In this document: piece after piece, positions 50,772 through 60,550 of the stretch
Position numbering within the stretch: position 1 is the stretch's first letter
How the letters are laid out: every line of letters starts with the position of its first letter
From: a virus
Lineage: Duplodnaviria; Heunggongvirae; Uroviricota; Caudoviricetes
Reading direction: 5' to 3' (one strand)
Length of the DNA stretch: 64,000 nucleotides
IMG/VR virus record: IMGVR_UViG_3300028833_002727
Position numbers and translations under genes: made by a program
Notes under the pieces: generated by a model
Told to the model about the DNA's origin: nothing
The model's database searches: none
What the model saw: the letters and a program-made list of their open reading frames with translations, nothing else

Positions 50772-50815
50772 AGTAAAATAATGAATTATAATTAAAGTGA
50801 AATTAAGACAATAAT

Positions 50816-53800
50816 ATGGGAAAAATTAGAGGAACACATTCAAGTCCTGGTATTTATAGCCAATTTACTGATCTTGCCTACGCAGCAAAAACATTAGGTG
50901 TTACAACACTTGGTCTTGTTGGTGAAACACTTAAAGGCCCTGCTTTTGAACCTATTATGATTAAAGACTACACTCAATTCCAAGATTACTTTGGCGGTTG
51001 TAGTACGGAGTTGTTTAAGGATAGCTTATACCCAAAATATGAGTTACCTTACATCGCTAAATCATATCTTTCAAAATCAGACAAATTGTATGTTTGCCGT
51101 GTATTGGGACTTAGTGGATATAATGCAGGTCCTGCTTTCGTTATTACTGCTGAAAGTAGTAACGGTGGCGACAAATATGTAGTTGCAATTCTTCGTTCAA
51201 GGGGTTCATACAGTAAATATGTAAATCTTGGCGATGAATGTAATCCTATTAACAAATACGACCAACTTGTATTTGACTGTGATAAAATTGAGTTGGAGCG
51301 CTACACAAACGTATCAGTAGTTGTTAAATGTGACGGTATTAGTATCAATCCAGAGGAAGAACCTGAGTTTAATATCAACGCTCTTAATAACGGACAATTC
51401 ACAATCGTAGCAAAAAAATACGTTGGTGAAGGACACGACCTTGATGAAGGTGATGGTTATACAACTGTTGGACGTTATCCAGTATCTTTAAATGCTGGTG
51501 CAAAAGATTACATCTATAGTGTTTTAGGTTCTAAAGCAACCGTAGGTGAAGCAGCTGTATTTGTTGAAGAACTATACGATTTGAAACTAAAAGAGTTAAT
51601 TGAAAACGGTGACGTTAATATCATTAGCCCAGAGGTTACAAAGATGAACGAGTTAGTCATTGGAGCAGTTACTGATCCAGTTCTTGACTTCGTAAAAATT
51701 CCAATGGAAAATTTAACAAAGAGTAACCTTGCACAAACTTATATCTGTGCTGAACCTGGTATCACAACATCTGGTGAAACATCTGGTGAAACTTCTAATG
51801 GTTACACATACTACAAAGTAGATGAAAACGGTATCATCATTCCAGATGCAATCTATAATATGGAAGTTGGACATATCTATAAAGTTGTTGCCAAAGTTGA
51901 TAATGAAACTGGTAAAAAGGTTTATGTATACGTACCATTAACAAAGAAAGTTGATGATGAACTAGTTGAGGTTGAAGTTGGAGAGATTGTTCCTGGTCCA
52001 CTATACGATACAGTTCAGGCTGTTCAAGTATTAAACTATGACGCATTTGTTGCTAAACAAGTAACAACTGAAAGTGGTGTGACTTTAGGCTCTACAAGTG
52101 GCTACACTGAAGAAGTTAGCATTATCGCACTAGCAGATTTAAGCAACTATCACGAACAATACCGTTGTGCTTCAACACCATGGATTGTATCTGAGTTAAA
52201 AGGTGATGCAAAAGACTTACAAGTTAAGAAATTGTTCCGCTTCCATACAATAAGTGATGGTAACGAGTCAAGTACTCAAGTTAAAGTTTCAATTGCAAAC
52301 GTTCGCCCAGATGATGGCACATTCGACGTTTACGTACGTGACTTCTATGACTCAGATGCTAATCCAACAATCTTAGAGTCATATAAGAACTTAACAATGG
52401 TTCCAGGTGATTCAAAATATATTGGTTTACAAATCGGTACATTAGACGGTGCATATGAATTGAAATCTAAATACATCATCGCTGAGGTTATTGAAACTGA
52501 TATGACTAAGACTTGTGTTCCTGCTGGTTTCTTAGGATACCCAGTACGCGAATATGGTAAAGATGGTGAAGGTAGAAACTTAGTTGCTCCTACATTTACA
52601 TATAACCGTTACTATGATGATGATGTTAAAGAGAAACGTCAATACTTCGGTTTATCTGATGTTACTGGTGTAGACATTGATATGTTATCTTATAAAGGTA
52701 AAAACGCTTATACTGAAGAATATACACACGGCTATACACACGCATTCCACTTGGATTCAACATTAGACCCAACTATCCTCGATAGTCTTGTAGGTGTTAA
52801 TGTAACAGTTGATGGCGACCCAGATACTATTGACATACAATGGGATGCAGTTAGTCCTAACAACGTAACCGATAGAGGACTTCCACCAATTATTGGTAGT
52901 GAACAAGATATGGAAGGCACTATTTATGAAAATGGTAGACTTCGTAAATTCACAGTTTGCTTCTACGGTGGTTTCGATGGATGGGATGTTTACAGAAATT
53001 CACGTACAAATACTGATGAGTTTAAAGCCAACAAGTATAAAGGTACTATCATAAACGGTTACGGACAAACATTCTCAAAGATTCAAAACGGTATTCAGTT
53101 AGCACTTACTGGCAACTGTATCACATCTGACTACTATGCATATTTAGCAGGTGTTAACCAATTTGAAATTCCAGAGAGATACTTAATCAACTTGTTCGCA
53201 ACTCCAGGTATCGACTACGTTAACCACGTTTCATTGACTAACGAAGTTCTTGATATGCTTGAGGAAAAACGCCAAGATACGTTCTATGTTGTAACAACAC
53301 CTGATAAACCTTGGGGTTCAAGCGATGCAGTAGAAGATATGTACTCATCAAGTGACGCAGCAGAAAACTTGGAAGATACATCTGTTGACACATATATTGC
53401 TTCAACATATTATCCTTGGATACAAATCTTCGACGAAGAAAATAACAAATTTATCTTCTTACCACCAACAAAAGACGTATTGAGAAATATGGCTGACGTT
53501 GACAACAAGAGTTATCCATGGTACGCACCTGCTGGTATCGAACGTGGTGACGTTGTTGCTAAGAAGATGAGATTCTTCGCTAAGTTAGAGGATGAAGATA
53601 ACGTTTACGATGGACGTATCAACCCATTGAAGACATTCTCTAAAGAAGGTATCAAAGTTTGGGGTAACAAGACAATGTATACTGGTGACACTCCAATGAA
53701 CCGTATCAACGTTGTAAGATTGATGCTCTACATGAAGAGATTGATTATTGAGTCAACAAGAGGTTTAATCTTCGAACCTAATGACACAACATTAGCAAAA

Positions 53801-54013
53801 CAATTTGACTCAATTGTACGTCCAATCTTGAACCAAATTAGGACTGATAGAGGTATTACAGACTTCAGATTACAAGTTAGTCAGACTCCAGAACAAATGG
53901 ATGCTCACGAATTAAGCGCAGTAATCTATGTAAAACCAACTCCAACATTAGAATACATCGAGATTAACTTCGTTGTCACGCCACAATCAGTTAGTTTCAA
54001 CGAAATTCAATAA
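50816..54013 (+). CDS. gp18: Contractile tail sheath protein, gp18 family
   Basis: SPGIY, GETLKGPAFEP, PWYAPAG..RG, RINP, WGNKT, RINVVRL, FEPND, KPTPTLEYI. Confidence 0.96.
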   Translation: MGKIRGTHSSPGIYSQFTDLAYAAKTLGVTTLGLVGETLKGPAFEPIMIKDYTQFQDYFGGCSTELFKDSLYPKYELPYIAKSYLSKSDKLYVCRVLGLSGYNAGPAFVITAESSNGGDKYVVAILRSRGSYSKYVNLGDECNPINKYDQLVFDCDKIELERYTNVSVVVKCDGISINPEEEPEFNINALNNGQFTIVAKKYVGEGHDLDEGDGYTTVGRYPVSLNAGAKDYIYSVLGSKATVGEAAVFVEELYDLKLKELIENGDVNIISPEVTKMNELVIGAVTDPVLDFVKIPMENLTKSNLAQTYICAEPGITTSGETSGETSNGYTYYKVDENGIIIPDAIYNMEVGHIYKVVAKVDNETGKKVYVYVPLTKKVDDELVEVEVGEIVPGPLYDTVQAVQVLNYDAFVAKQVTTESGVTLGSTSGYTEEVSIIALADLSNYHEQYRCASTPWIVSELKGDAKDLQVKKLFRFHTISDGNESSTQVKVSIANVRPDDGTFDVYVRDFYDSDANPTILESYKNLTMVPGDSKYIGLQIGTLDGAYELKSKYIIAEVIETDMTKTCVPAGFLGYPVREYGKDGEGRNLVAPTFTYNRYYDDDVKEKRQYFGLSDVTGVDIDMLSYKGKNAYTEEYTHGYTHAFHLDSTLDPTILDSLVGVNVTVDGDPDTIDIQWDAVSPNNVTDRGLPPIIGSEQDMEGTIYENGRLRKFTVCFYGGFDGWDVYRNSRTNTDEFKANKYKGTIINGYGQTFSKIQNGIQLALTGNCITSDYYAYLAGVNQFEIPERYLINLFATPGIDYVNHVSLTNEVLDMLEEKRQDTFYVVTTPDKPWGSSDAVEDMYSSSDAAENLEDTSVDTYIASTYYPWIQIFDEENNKFIFLPPTKDVLRNMADVDNKSYPWYAPAGIERGDVVAKKMRFFAKLEDEDNVYDGRINPLKTFSKEGIKVWGNKTMYTGDTPMNRINVVRLMLYMKRLIIESTRGLIFEPNDTTLAKQFDSIVRPILNQIRTDRGITDFRLQVSQTPEQMDAHELSAVIYVKPTPTLEYIEINFVVTPQSVSFNEIQ

Positions 54014-54032
54014 CTTGTTTGGATAAATAAAT

Positions 54033-54068
54033 AAAAGAGTAACGAATCTCTCGTTACTCTTTTATTTT
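54033..54068. terminator. Bidirectional terminator
   Basis: AAAAGAGTAACGA-ATCTC-TCGTTACTCTTTT. Confidence 0.85.
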
Positions 54069-54659
54069 GTCACTGTTTTTGTAATAAACATAAATCCAAC
54101 CAATATCATCTAATATACAACACAACCCCCATAAAAACAATGATACTTGTAATGAAGGCATTGCGATTAACGCTAATCCATATCCAGTAACACATACAAT
54201 ACCAGAAACTATGGAGTAATTATTGTCGTATACTTCCCTGGCCTTGTCATTCCATAATTTCGGCTTAAATGCCATAATACACTTGCCAACAAAAATACTT
54301 ATAAACGATGTATATAGTAGTGATACAATAGCAAAAACCCAAACATTATAGTGTATAAAACACAGAAACATTGCAAGTATAAAACCAATTACAGACTCGG
54401 ATATTGCTAACCACATGAAGTATTTCATGGCTTTATCGCGTACGTTATCTTTCCATATTATGCCAATTAACAGTCCAGATAGTGAGCCAAATAATGATTC
54501 AAATGCAATCCATTCTGCTGGCAATGCTGTTATAATTGCTTTTGTTATTGCTGGTGCTGCATATGTAACTAATAAGCCAGAAAAAAACGTTGATAGGAGC
54601 AACCATTTTTGGTTTTCATCCGGGTGTATATTGAAAAAATCTAATATTTTCTTCACCAT
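54054..54659 (-). CDS. Multi-pass membrane protein (half-MFS-like)
   Basis: About six hydrophobic segments in 201 aa. Confidence 0.6.
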   Translation of the reverse strand: MVKKILDFFNIHPDENQKWLLLSTFFSGLLVTYAAPAITKAIITALPAEWIAFESLFGSLSGLLIGIIWKDNVRDKAMKYFMWLAISESVIGFILAMFLCFIHYNVWVFAIVSLLYTSFISIFVGKCIMAFKPKLWNDKAREVYDNNYSIVSGIVCVTGYGLALIAMPSLQVSLFLWGLCCILDDIGWIYVYYKNSDKIKE

Positions 54660-56614
54660 CTATATTCTGTTTTTTTGTAGTTAATCAGATTAGTTGGTAT
54701 CTCATCAATGAAACGTGATGGTATTTTATCCCCGCCAGACATCCAACTATATCCTTCAGATTCAGTTAAATAAAGACGTTTTTCAGCACGAGTACACGCC
54801 ACATACATGAGCCTACGTTCCTCTTCTATTTCTTCTCTACCAGTTACATCATCATCCATTTCAGTTTCGCACGCTCTATGTGACGGTATTCCACCTTCAA
54901 ATACGTTAATTACAAACACATTCGGAAATTCCAAACCTTTTGATTGGTGCATTGTCATAACTTTAACAACATCACCACTATCATCATTATCAGTGTTAGT
55001 ATATAATGATATATCTTGCAAGAATTTATCAAATAAATCTTCTTCATCAACGTGCTGTCTCTCGTAGTAAATGATACTATTCAATAACTCGTTCAAGTTG
55101 TCAAGCCTATCTGTCTCAACATCTTCACGAAGCATATCCATATAGCCAGTATCATTCAACACAGTATTAAGTAAATCTGATATACGTGATGTGTTTTTGT
55201 TTGTTTTTGCTTCATCAATAATTTGGATAAACTCAATTGCTGCGTCATTCTTCAAAGTCTTACTTGACAATAATCTTTTCAAAGACTCGTATAGTGTTAT
55301 TTTCTTTTCATTAGCAAACTTCTCAACTTTGTCTATGAATACTTTACCGATTTTTCGTGATGGTTCGTTGATAACGCGCTTAAATGATAGGTTATCATTA
55401 TTGTTTATTAGTTTCAGGAAACTAATAGCGTCTTTTATTTCTTTTCTTTCATAGAAACGGATACCACCAAAAATCTTATATGGTAAGCCTTTCTTTATTA
55501 ACGCTTGTTCTATTTCGCGCGACATGGCATTATTGCGATAGAGAATAGTAAAGTCACTATAGTTCGCCCTGTCTTCACGTTTTATCCTTCTGATCTCATC
55601 ACAAACGTAATTACATTCGGTGAATATATTGTTTCCGTGATAGTGCGTAACAGTAACTCCACCTTGTTTTTCTGTAAACAAATCTTTATCAACGCGCTCG
55701 GTATTATTCTTAATGATAGAATTAGCAACATCAAGAATATTTTTAGTTGAACGGTAGTTTTGTGTTAACAAGATAGTCTTATCGTTTTTGAAATTGATGA
55801 AACCTTTGACATCACTACCTCTGAACTTATAGATAGATTGGTTATCATCACCAATTATGTATAGGTTCTTGTGTTTAGAAGCAAGTATTTCGAGTATTTG
55901 CCAGTCATGTTTATTACAATCCTGTGCCTCATCAACCATAATGTAGTGGAATTTATCTCGCCAGTATTCTCTAACATCATCGAAGTTCAATAAGAGGTGT
56001 AATGCGAAATAAATCAAATCATCAAAATCAAGGGAGAAATTTTTTATTTGTTTCTCACAGTATTTAATGAAAATCTTCTCATCATCACTTAATATCGTTT
56101 TAGTTCTTTTCATGTTATTCAATGAACGAGGCATGAAAAACTCTTTGATATATGAGTCACTATGTGTAGTTTTATAATGTTCTATTTTTTCAAGAATGTT
56201 CTTTACGTTGGTAGACTTTTTATCATAACCCATATCCTCGATAATTTCTTTACCAAGTAACTTTTTGTCTTCCTCATCCAATATATTGAAGTACATAGGA
56301 AAACCGATACGATATATATCCTTACGTAAAACCTTTACACAGAAACTGTGAATCGTACAGATAAATTCAGATGCAAAATCATGTCCAATCATTTTTTCAA
56401 TACGTTGGCGCATTTCATTTGCTGCTTTGTTTGTGAAAGTTAAACAAAGGATGTTATCTGGGTTGACATTCTCATGTTTCATCAGATATGCGTAGCGGCA
56501 TGTAAGGGTTTTTGTTTTACCAGCACCCGCACCAGCAACCAAACGTATTCTACCACCCACACATGTAGCACCTTCGTACTGTTTCTCATTAAGTCCTTTT
56601 AAATATTCTTCCAT
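54653..56614 (-). CDS. uvrD: UvrD/PcrA superfamily 1 helicase
   Basis: AGAGAGKT, TFTNKAA, VDEAQD, GDDNQSIY, NYRS, HQSKGLEF, EERRLMYVACTRA. Confidence 0.95.
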   Translation of the reverse strand: MEEYLKGLNEKQYEGATCVGGRIRLVAGAGAGKTKTLTCRYAYLMKHENVNPDNILCLTFTNKAANEMRQRIEKMIGHDFASEFICTIHSFCVKVLRKDIYRIGFPMYFNILDEEDKKLLGKEIIEDMGYDKKSTNVKNILEKIEHYKTTHSDSYIKEFFMPRSLNNMKRTKTILSDDEKIFIKYCEKQIKNFSLDFDDLIYFALHLLLNFDDVREYWRDKFHYIMVDEAQDCNKHDWQILEILASKHKNLYIIGDDNQSIYKFRGSDVKGFINFKNDKTILLTQNYRSTKNILDVANSIIKNNTERVDKDLFTEKQGGVTVTHYHGNNIFTECNYVCDEIRRIKREDRANYSDFTILYRNNAMSREIEQALIKKGLPYKIFGGIRFYERKEIKDAISFLKLINNNDNLSFKRVINEPSRKIGKVFIDKVEKFANEKKITLYESLKRLLSSKTLKNDAAIEFIQIIDEAKTNKNTSRISDLLNTVLNDTGYMDMLREDVETDRLDNLNELLNSIIYYERQHVDEEDLFDKFLQDISLYTNTDNDDSGDVVKVMTMHQSKGLEFPNVFVINVFEGGIPSHRACETEMDDDVTGREEIEEERRLMYVACTRAEKRLYLTESEGYSWMSGGDKIPSRFIDEIPTNLINYKKTEYRW

Positions 56615-56706
56615 AAAAACTAAAATTTTGGTTCCGGGTAAATATACAAACTTTTTTACAAACAAAAAAAAAGGATAGGAAAATCCTACCCTTTAAATAT
56701 TGTGAC

Positions 56707-57807
56707 TTATTTACTACTGATTATTTTTTTTATTCTAATAAATACGCTCTCCTTATTGTGCTTAAATTCAGATTCCCATATTCTCAATATACCAATATTA
56801 TTTTCTTTACAATATGTATTTTTAATTTTATCTTTCTCTATATGTTTGGCTTGATAATCATACTTTGGACCGTCTGGATATTTTTCTGGATTACAATGCC
56901 AGAAATCACCATCATATTCAATGATTAAGTTTTTTGATGGAATATAAATGTCACAATATTGTTTAATTTCTTTTAGATAATGCTGCTCTTCATATTCAAT
57001 ACCGAGTGGTTTTATGACTTCATTAATGAACTCTGTTTCCCCTGAACTCGATATCGAAAATAGATTATTGTTTAAACGGTATCTCATTCGATCACTAAGC
57101 ATCGTTTTATATTTCTCAGTGTTAAACACTTCTTTCATTTTTTGTCTTTGTTCATCACTTTTTGGAACCCCCAGCAGTTTCATTCTTATTTTCCTACCGC
57201 GTTCTTCAGTATGTATCTCATTATGCAACTTTCTAATCTGTTCTATTGTATAGGTTTCTTCCCACTTTTTACCTTTATTCCATTGTGTACGAGAACCATC
57301 AATGTATTGTTTTCTTCTTGTCTCGGCGGATTTTTCTTGTGCTTCATGGTTATGTCCCCAATTATTATGAACACGTATTGCATGTCCAAAAGCATAATCA
57401 CAAAAATGCGCTTCCCCACGCGGGTCAATTGATGTATATTCCCCACATCCACATTTACAAGTTGGACGTATACCATTATATTTGGCGTCCACTAAAAGTT
57501 GTTCTTTCGTTATCTCACCATGTATTTTCTCTTTTATAACATGTTTAGATAATCCATTATAAGTTTCAAACCTTCTTTCACAATATGGACACTTATAATC
57601 CCCCTGGCCAATCCTATCAACAGCATTGGTTACTCTGCCCGATTTCACAAACACAACACCATTGACGGACTTTTGTTTACCATTAACAACCTTGTATAGT
57701 TTATTCTCTGAGATACCTTCTGCTTTGGATGCTTCTCGGATTCCGTCGTATCTACATATTTCATTCCCGAACTCATCTAATTTGATTATTTCTTTCTTCT
57801 GTGCCAT
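56707..57807 (-). CDS. Free-standing homing-type endonuclease (HTH + Zn motifs + NUMOD3-like + Vsr/DUF559 nuclease)
   Basis: CPYC, CKCGCG, CDIYIP...IIEYDGDFWH...ILRIWE. Confidence 0.75.
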   Translation of the reverse strand: MAQKKEIIKLDEFGNEICRYDGIREASKAEGISENKLYKVVNGKQKSVNGVVFVKSGRVTNAVDRIGQGDYKCPYCERRFETYNGLSKHVIKEKIHGEITKEQLLVDAKYNGIRPTCKCGCGEYTSIDPRGEAHFCDYAFGHAIRVHNNWGHNHEAQEKSAETRRKQYIDGSRTQWNKGKKWEETYTIEQIRKLHNEIHTEERGRKIRMKLLGVPKSDEQRQKMKEVFNTEKYKTMLSDRMRYRLNNNLFSISSSGETEFINEVIKPLGIEYEEQHYLKEIKQYCDIYIPSKNLIIEYDGDFWHCNPEKYPDGPKYDYQAKHIEKDKIKNTYCKENNIGILRIWESEFKHNKESVFIRIKKIISSK

Positions 57808-57845
57808 ATCTATATGATTTCTATATATAAATATACACAAAAAAG

Positions 57846-57875
57846 AAAAAAAGCCAACAAAATGCCGACTTTTTT
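57846..57875 (-). terminator. Terminator after the tail tube gene
   Basis: Minus strand AAAGTCGGCA-TTT-TGTTGGCTTT plus T run. Confidence 0.6.
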
Positions 57876-57918
57876 CTTTGATTATGCTAAATATAAAACT
57901 ATTGAATTGATTATCAGG

Positions 57919-58410
57919 TTAGTAGCAGAGTATGCAATAATCCACAACGATAGTAGCAGTAATATCTGCAAGAGCATCGTCTGAGTATTGTAATGAACCG
58001 AAGTCACAGTTTGAAATCCAAGCGTTCTTCAAAATCCATTTTTGAACACAAACACCCGTTGGGTCAAGCATCTCTAACTCAATATCTCTCTTATAACCAG
58101 CAGCGTAACCTTGTCTACCAGTAACAGACTCTGAACATAGACGAATCCATTCCATTAAAGCCTGTGAAGCAGATGGTGCAATTGGATCTCTGAATGTGAA
58201 TTGGAGAGTATCCCAGGTATATCGTCCTGCAACCCAAGTTGATGTATTCAAGAATTGGATTTCAGTAGTACCTTGAGTAATCTTTGGACGTGATGCTGAT
58301 GCAAGCATCCATTCAGAAATACCTAAGTCACTTGGGAAACGAACCACCCATCTGTTTTTTCTCAATGGTTCGAATTGTAAAGGCATTTTTAGTAGTAAAT
58401 CAGAATACAT
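57919..58410 (-). CDS. gp19: Tail tube protein, T4 gp19-like
   Basis: FEPLRKNRW, AGRYTW, YKRDIELEMLDPTG..VQKW.L..AW...DFG.L.Y; late motif at 58450-58457. Confidence 0.92.
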   Translation of the reverse strand: MYSDLLLKMPLQFEPLRKNRWVVRFPSDLGISEWMLASASRPKITQGTTEIQFLNTSTWVAGRYTWDTLQFTFRDPIAPSASQALMEWIRLCSESVTGRQGYAAGYKRDIELEMLDPTGVCVQKWILKNAWISNCDFGSLQYSDDALADITATIVVDYCILCY

Positions 58411-58474
58411 ATTGTCTTAATAATTTTTTCTTTTTGTTATTTTCTATCTATAAATACAGTAAAAATGAATTTTT

Positions 58475-58927
58475 TTAAGCACCTTGTTGATTTTCTTGTT
58501 TTTGTTCAACTCCCTTATTGCATATATCAAATATTTTTTTAAGTGCTTGGAATTGTGGGTGTTCAGGCTGATTGGTAAATTTTAACATACCTTTTAGCGT
58601 CATTTCACGTATTTTATCTAACTCACCCATATTATCAAGTTCAGCCATACCTTCATCTTCTGGTTTTACATCCTTGATGTTAGTCTGTGCTTCTGCACCA
58701 GCCTCAACTTCACCTTGTGGTTGTGCTTCTGGATTAGCCATTTGTTCTGGTTCTGCTGTTTGTGCTGTTGGTTCTGGTTCACCCATTGGTTCTTGTTCCA
58801 TACCGTTTAATTCATCATATTCGTCCTCGAACATGATACTTTCATTCATTTTACGTATAGCATTTGAGATATTTTTAATATCTCTCAAATCTTGTTGATA
58901 CTGTTTCTTATTCATATTCGTATACAT
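58475..58927 (-). CDS. Hypothetical acidic late protein
   Basis: Late motif at 58938-58945; MNE and MFE sites. Confidence 0.6.
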   Translation of the reverse strand: MYTNMNKKQYQQDLRDIKNISNAIRKMNESIMFEDEYDELNGMEQEPMGEPEPTAQTAEPEQMANPEAQPQGEVEAGAEAQTNIKDVKPEDEGMAELDNMGELDKIREMTLKGMLKFTNQPEHPQFQALKKIFDICNKGVEQKQENQQGA

Positions 58928-59015
58928 TAGTTTTATTATAAATACTATCTAAAACAAAAAAAGGTTTACTTTTCAATAAAAATCATTAGTTTTTTTATAG
59001 ATAACGATACAATTT

Positions 59016-59360
59016 ATGGCTAAATCAAACGAAAAGAAAGGCTACGTCTATTTACTCGGAGATTTTGAGAAAGAAGGAGCCTATAAAATAGGCGTAACAA
59101 GAGGTACGATTGAACGTAGAATAAAAAAATTGCAAACAGGTAATAGTGGGGAAATATATATTGTTGATTATTTCCAAACTGAACATCCATTTTTTGTTGA
59201 GAAATGGATGCACATTGCATATGGAAGTAAAAAGATATTAAATGAGTGGTTTATGTTGGACTTAGATGACTTGAAGATGTTTAAAGGTAAATGCCAACGC
59301 TTCGAAGAATTATATAACCACTCACATAAAAATAAAAATAACGATTTTGACTATTTATAA
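59016..59360 (+). CDS. T5orf172/GIY-YIG-like protein
   Basis: GYVYLL, YKIGVT, RIKKLQTGN, EWF. Confidence 0.85.
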   Translation: MAKSNEKKGYVYLLGDFEKEGAYKIGVTRGTIERRIKKLQTGNSGEIYIVDYFQTEHPFFVEKWMHIAYGSKKILNEWFMLDLDDLKMFKGKCQRFEELYNHSHKNKNNDFDYL

Positions 59361-59364
59361 GTAT

Positions 59365-59847
59365 ATGAAACTACCATTTAGAATAGAAGGAGACGAAATT
59401 CTTAGACAAAAAACAACAGATATTACGGAAAAAAACGAAGAATTAGACAAACTGGTGTTTGATATGTTTGATACGTTAAGTGACAGCATTGGATGTGGCT
59501 TGTCGGCACCACAAATTGGTGTATCAAAAAGTGTGTTCATTATTGATGCAGACAAAATGGGTGGATATTATCCAGAATGCAGAGGCGTAAAAAAAACAAT
59601 TATCAATCCTCAAATTGTAAAAACAAGTAGAAAAACAACTGTAATATCAGAAGGTTGTTTATCAGTTCCTGGTGTTATGAAGGAATTGAGACGCCCAGAT
59701 ATGGTTACGTTGAAATATCTTGATGAGAATTTAGTTGAACATAAGGAGAAATTTCATGGGTTCGTAGCAAGAATTGTCTTACATGAATACGACCACCTAC
59801 AAGGAAAACTAATGACAGATTATAATAATGAAGTAAAGTATGAGTAA
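59365..59847 (+). CDS. def: Peptide deformylase
   Basis: GCGLSAPQIG, EGCLS, HEYDHLQG. Confidence 0.95.
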   Translation: MKLPFRIEGDEILRQKTTDITEKNEELDKLVFDMFDTLSDSIGCGLSAPQIGVSKSVFIIDADKMGGYYPECRGVKKTIINPQIVKTSRKTTVISEGCLSVPGVMKELRRPDMVTLKYLDENLVEHKEKFHGFVARIVLHEYDHLQGKLMTDYNNEVKYE

Positions 59848-60550
59848 AATTAACAAAACTATTGAAAACAGTGATTTGTATAGAGCAATTAAAATCGTAC
59901 AAAATGAAATCTCAATGAAAGAAAAAACACTAAAAGAAATTGATGAATTAGAAATTAAATGTAAGTATAGAGATTTTTCAGTTTCAAGAGAATTATTGGA
60001 AAAAGATTTAGAGGAAAAACGCCAAGAATTAAAATCACTTGAAAAATTAAGCACTGGCAATACTGCTGAACCCGACGGCTATGTAGTAAATGTTAATCAA
60101 ACTTCATCATGTGGTTGTGGATTAAACCATGGTGAAATAGCGTATATCAATTTTCACGCTATTAAAGAACCAGCAAAGGAAAATCTATTCTTGATTCACG
60201 GTTTGGAAAAATATGGAGTTATAGTATCAGATGTTGTATCATACAATGATAATACTTCAGCTAAAAAATTAACCATTGCCATTAGAAATAATGTCGTTGA
60301 TTGTCCTATTGTAGAGTTTAACAAATTAGCAAACGATTCAAGAAATAGATTGCGTGAAGATATTTCTATTGAGATTTTAGACCCGCAATTGAAACCAGTG
60401 TACAAAATGATATATAAAGAACCTGTCGTACGTTGTTTAGGTGATTTAACTGGTGCATATGATAGTTACAAACCACTAGTATTCACTGTTACACTATCAT
60501 ATAGAGTGAGAGAAATGGAAAAAGTCAAAAAAGATGGCACAACCAATTAA
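59840..60550 (+). CDS. Coiled coil fused to a divergent tail-tube-like domain
   Basis: KEPAKENLFLI, EDISIEILDP..KPVYKMIY, GDL..AYDS...FTVTLSY align with gp19. Confidence 0.6.
   Translation: MSKINKTIENSDLYRAIKIVQNEISMKEKTLKEIDELEIKCKYRDFSVSRELLEKDLEEKRQELKSLEKLSTGNTAEPDGYVVNVNQTSSCGCGLNHGEIAYINFHAIKEPAKENLFLIHGLEKYGVIVSDVVSYNDNTSAKKLTIAIRNNVVDCPIVEFNKLANDSRNRLREDISIEILDPQLKPVYKMIYKEPVVRCLGDLTGAYDSYKPLVFTVTLSYRVREMEKVKKDGTTN

Noticed and set aside
59365-59847. Peptide deformylase as a novelty
   Set aside because: Phage-encoded deformylases are already well known
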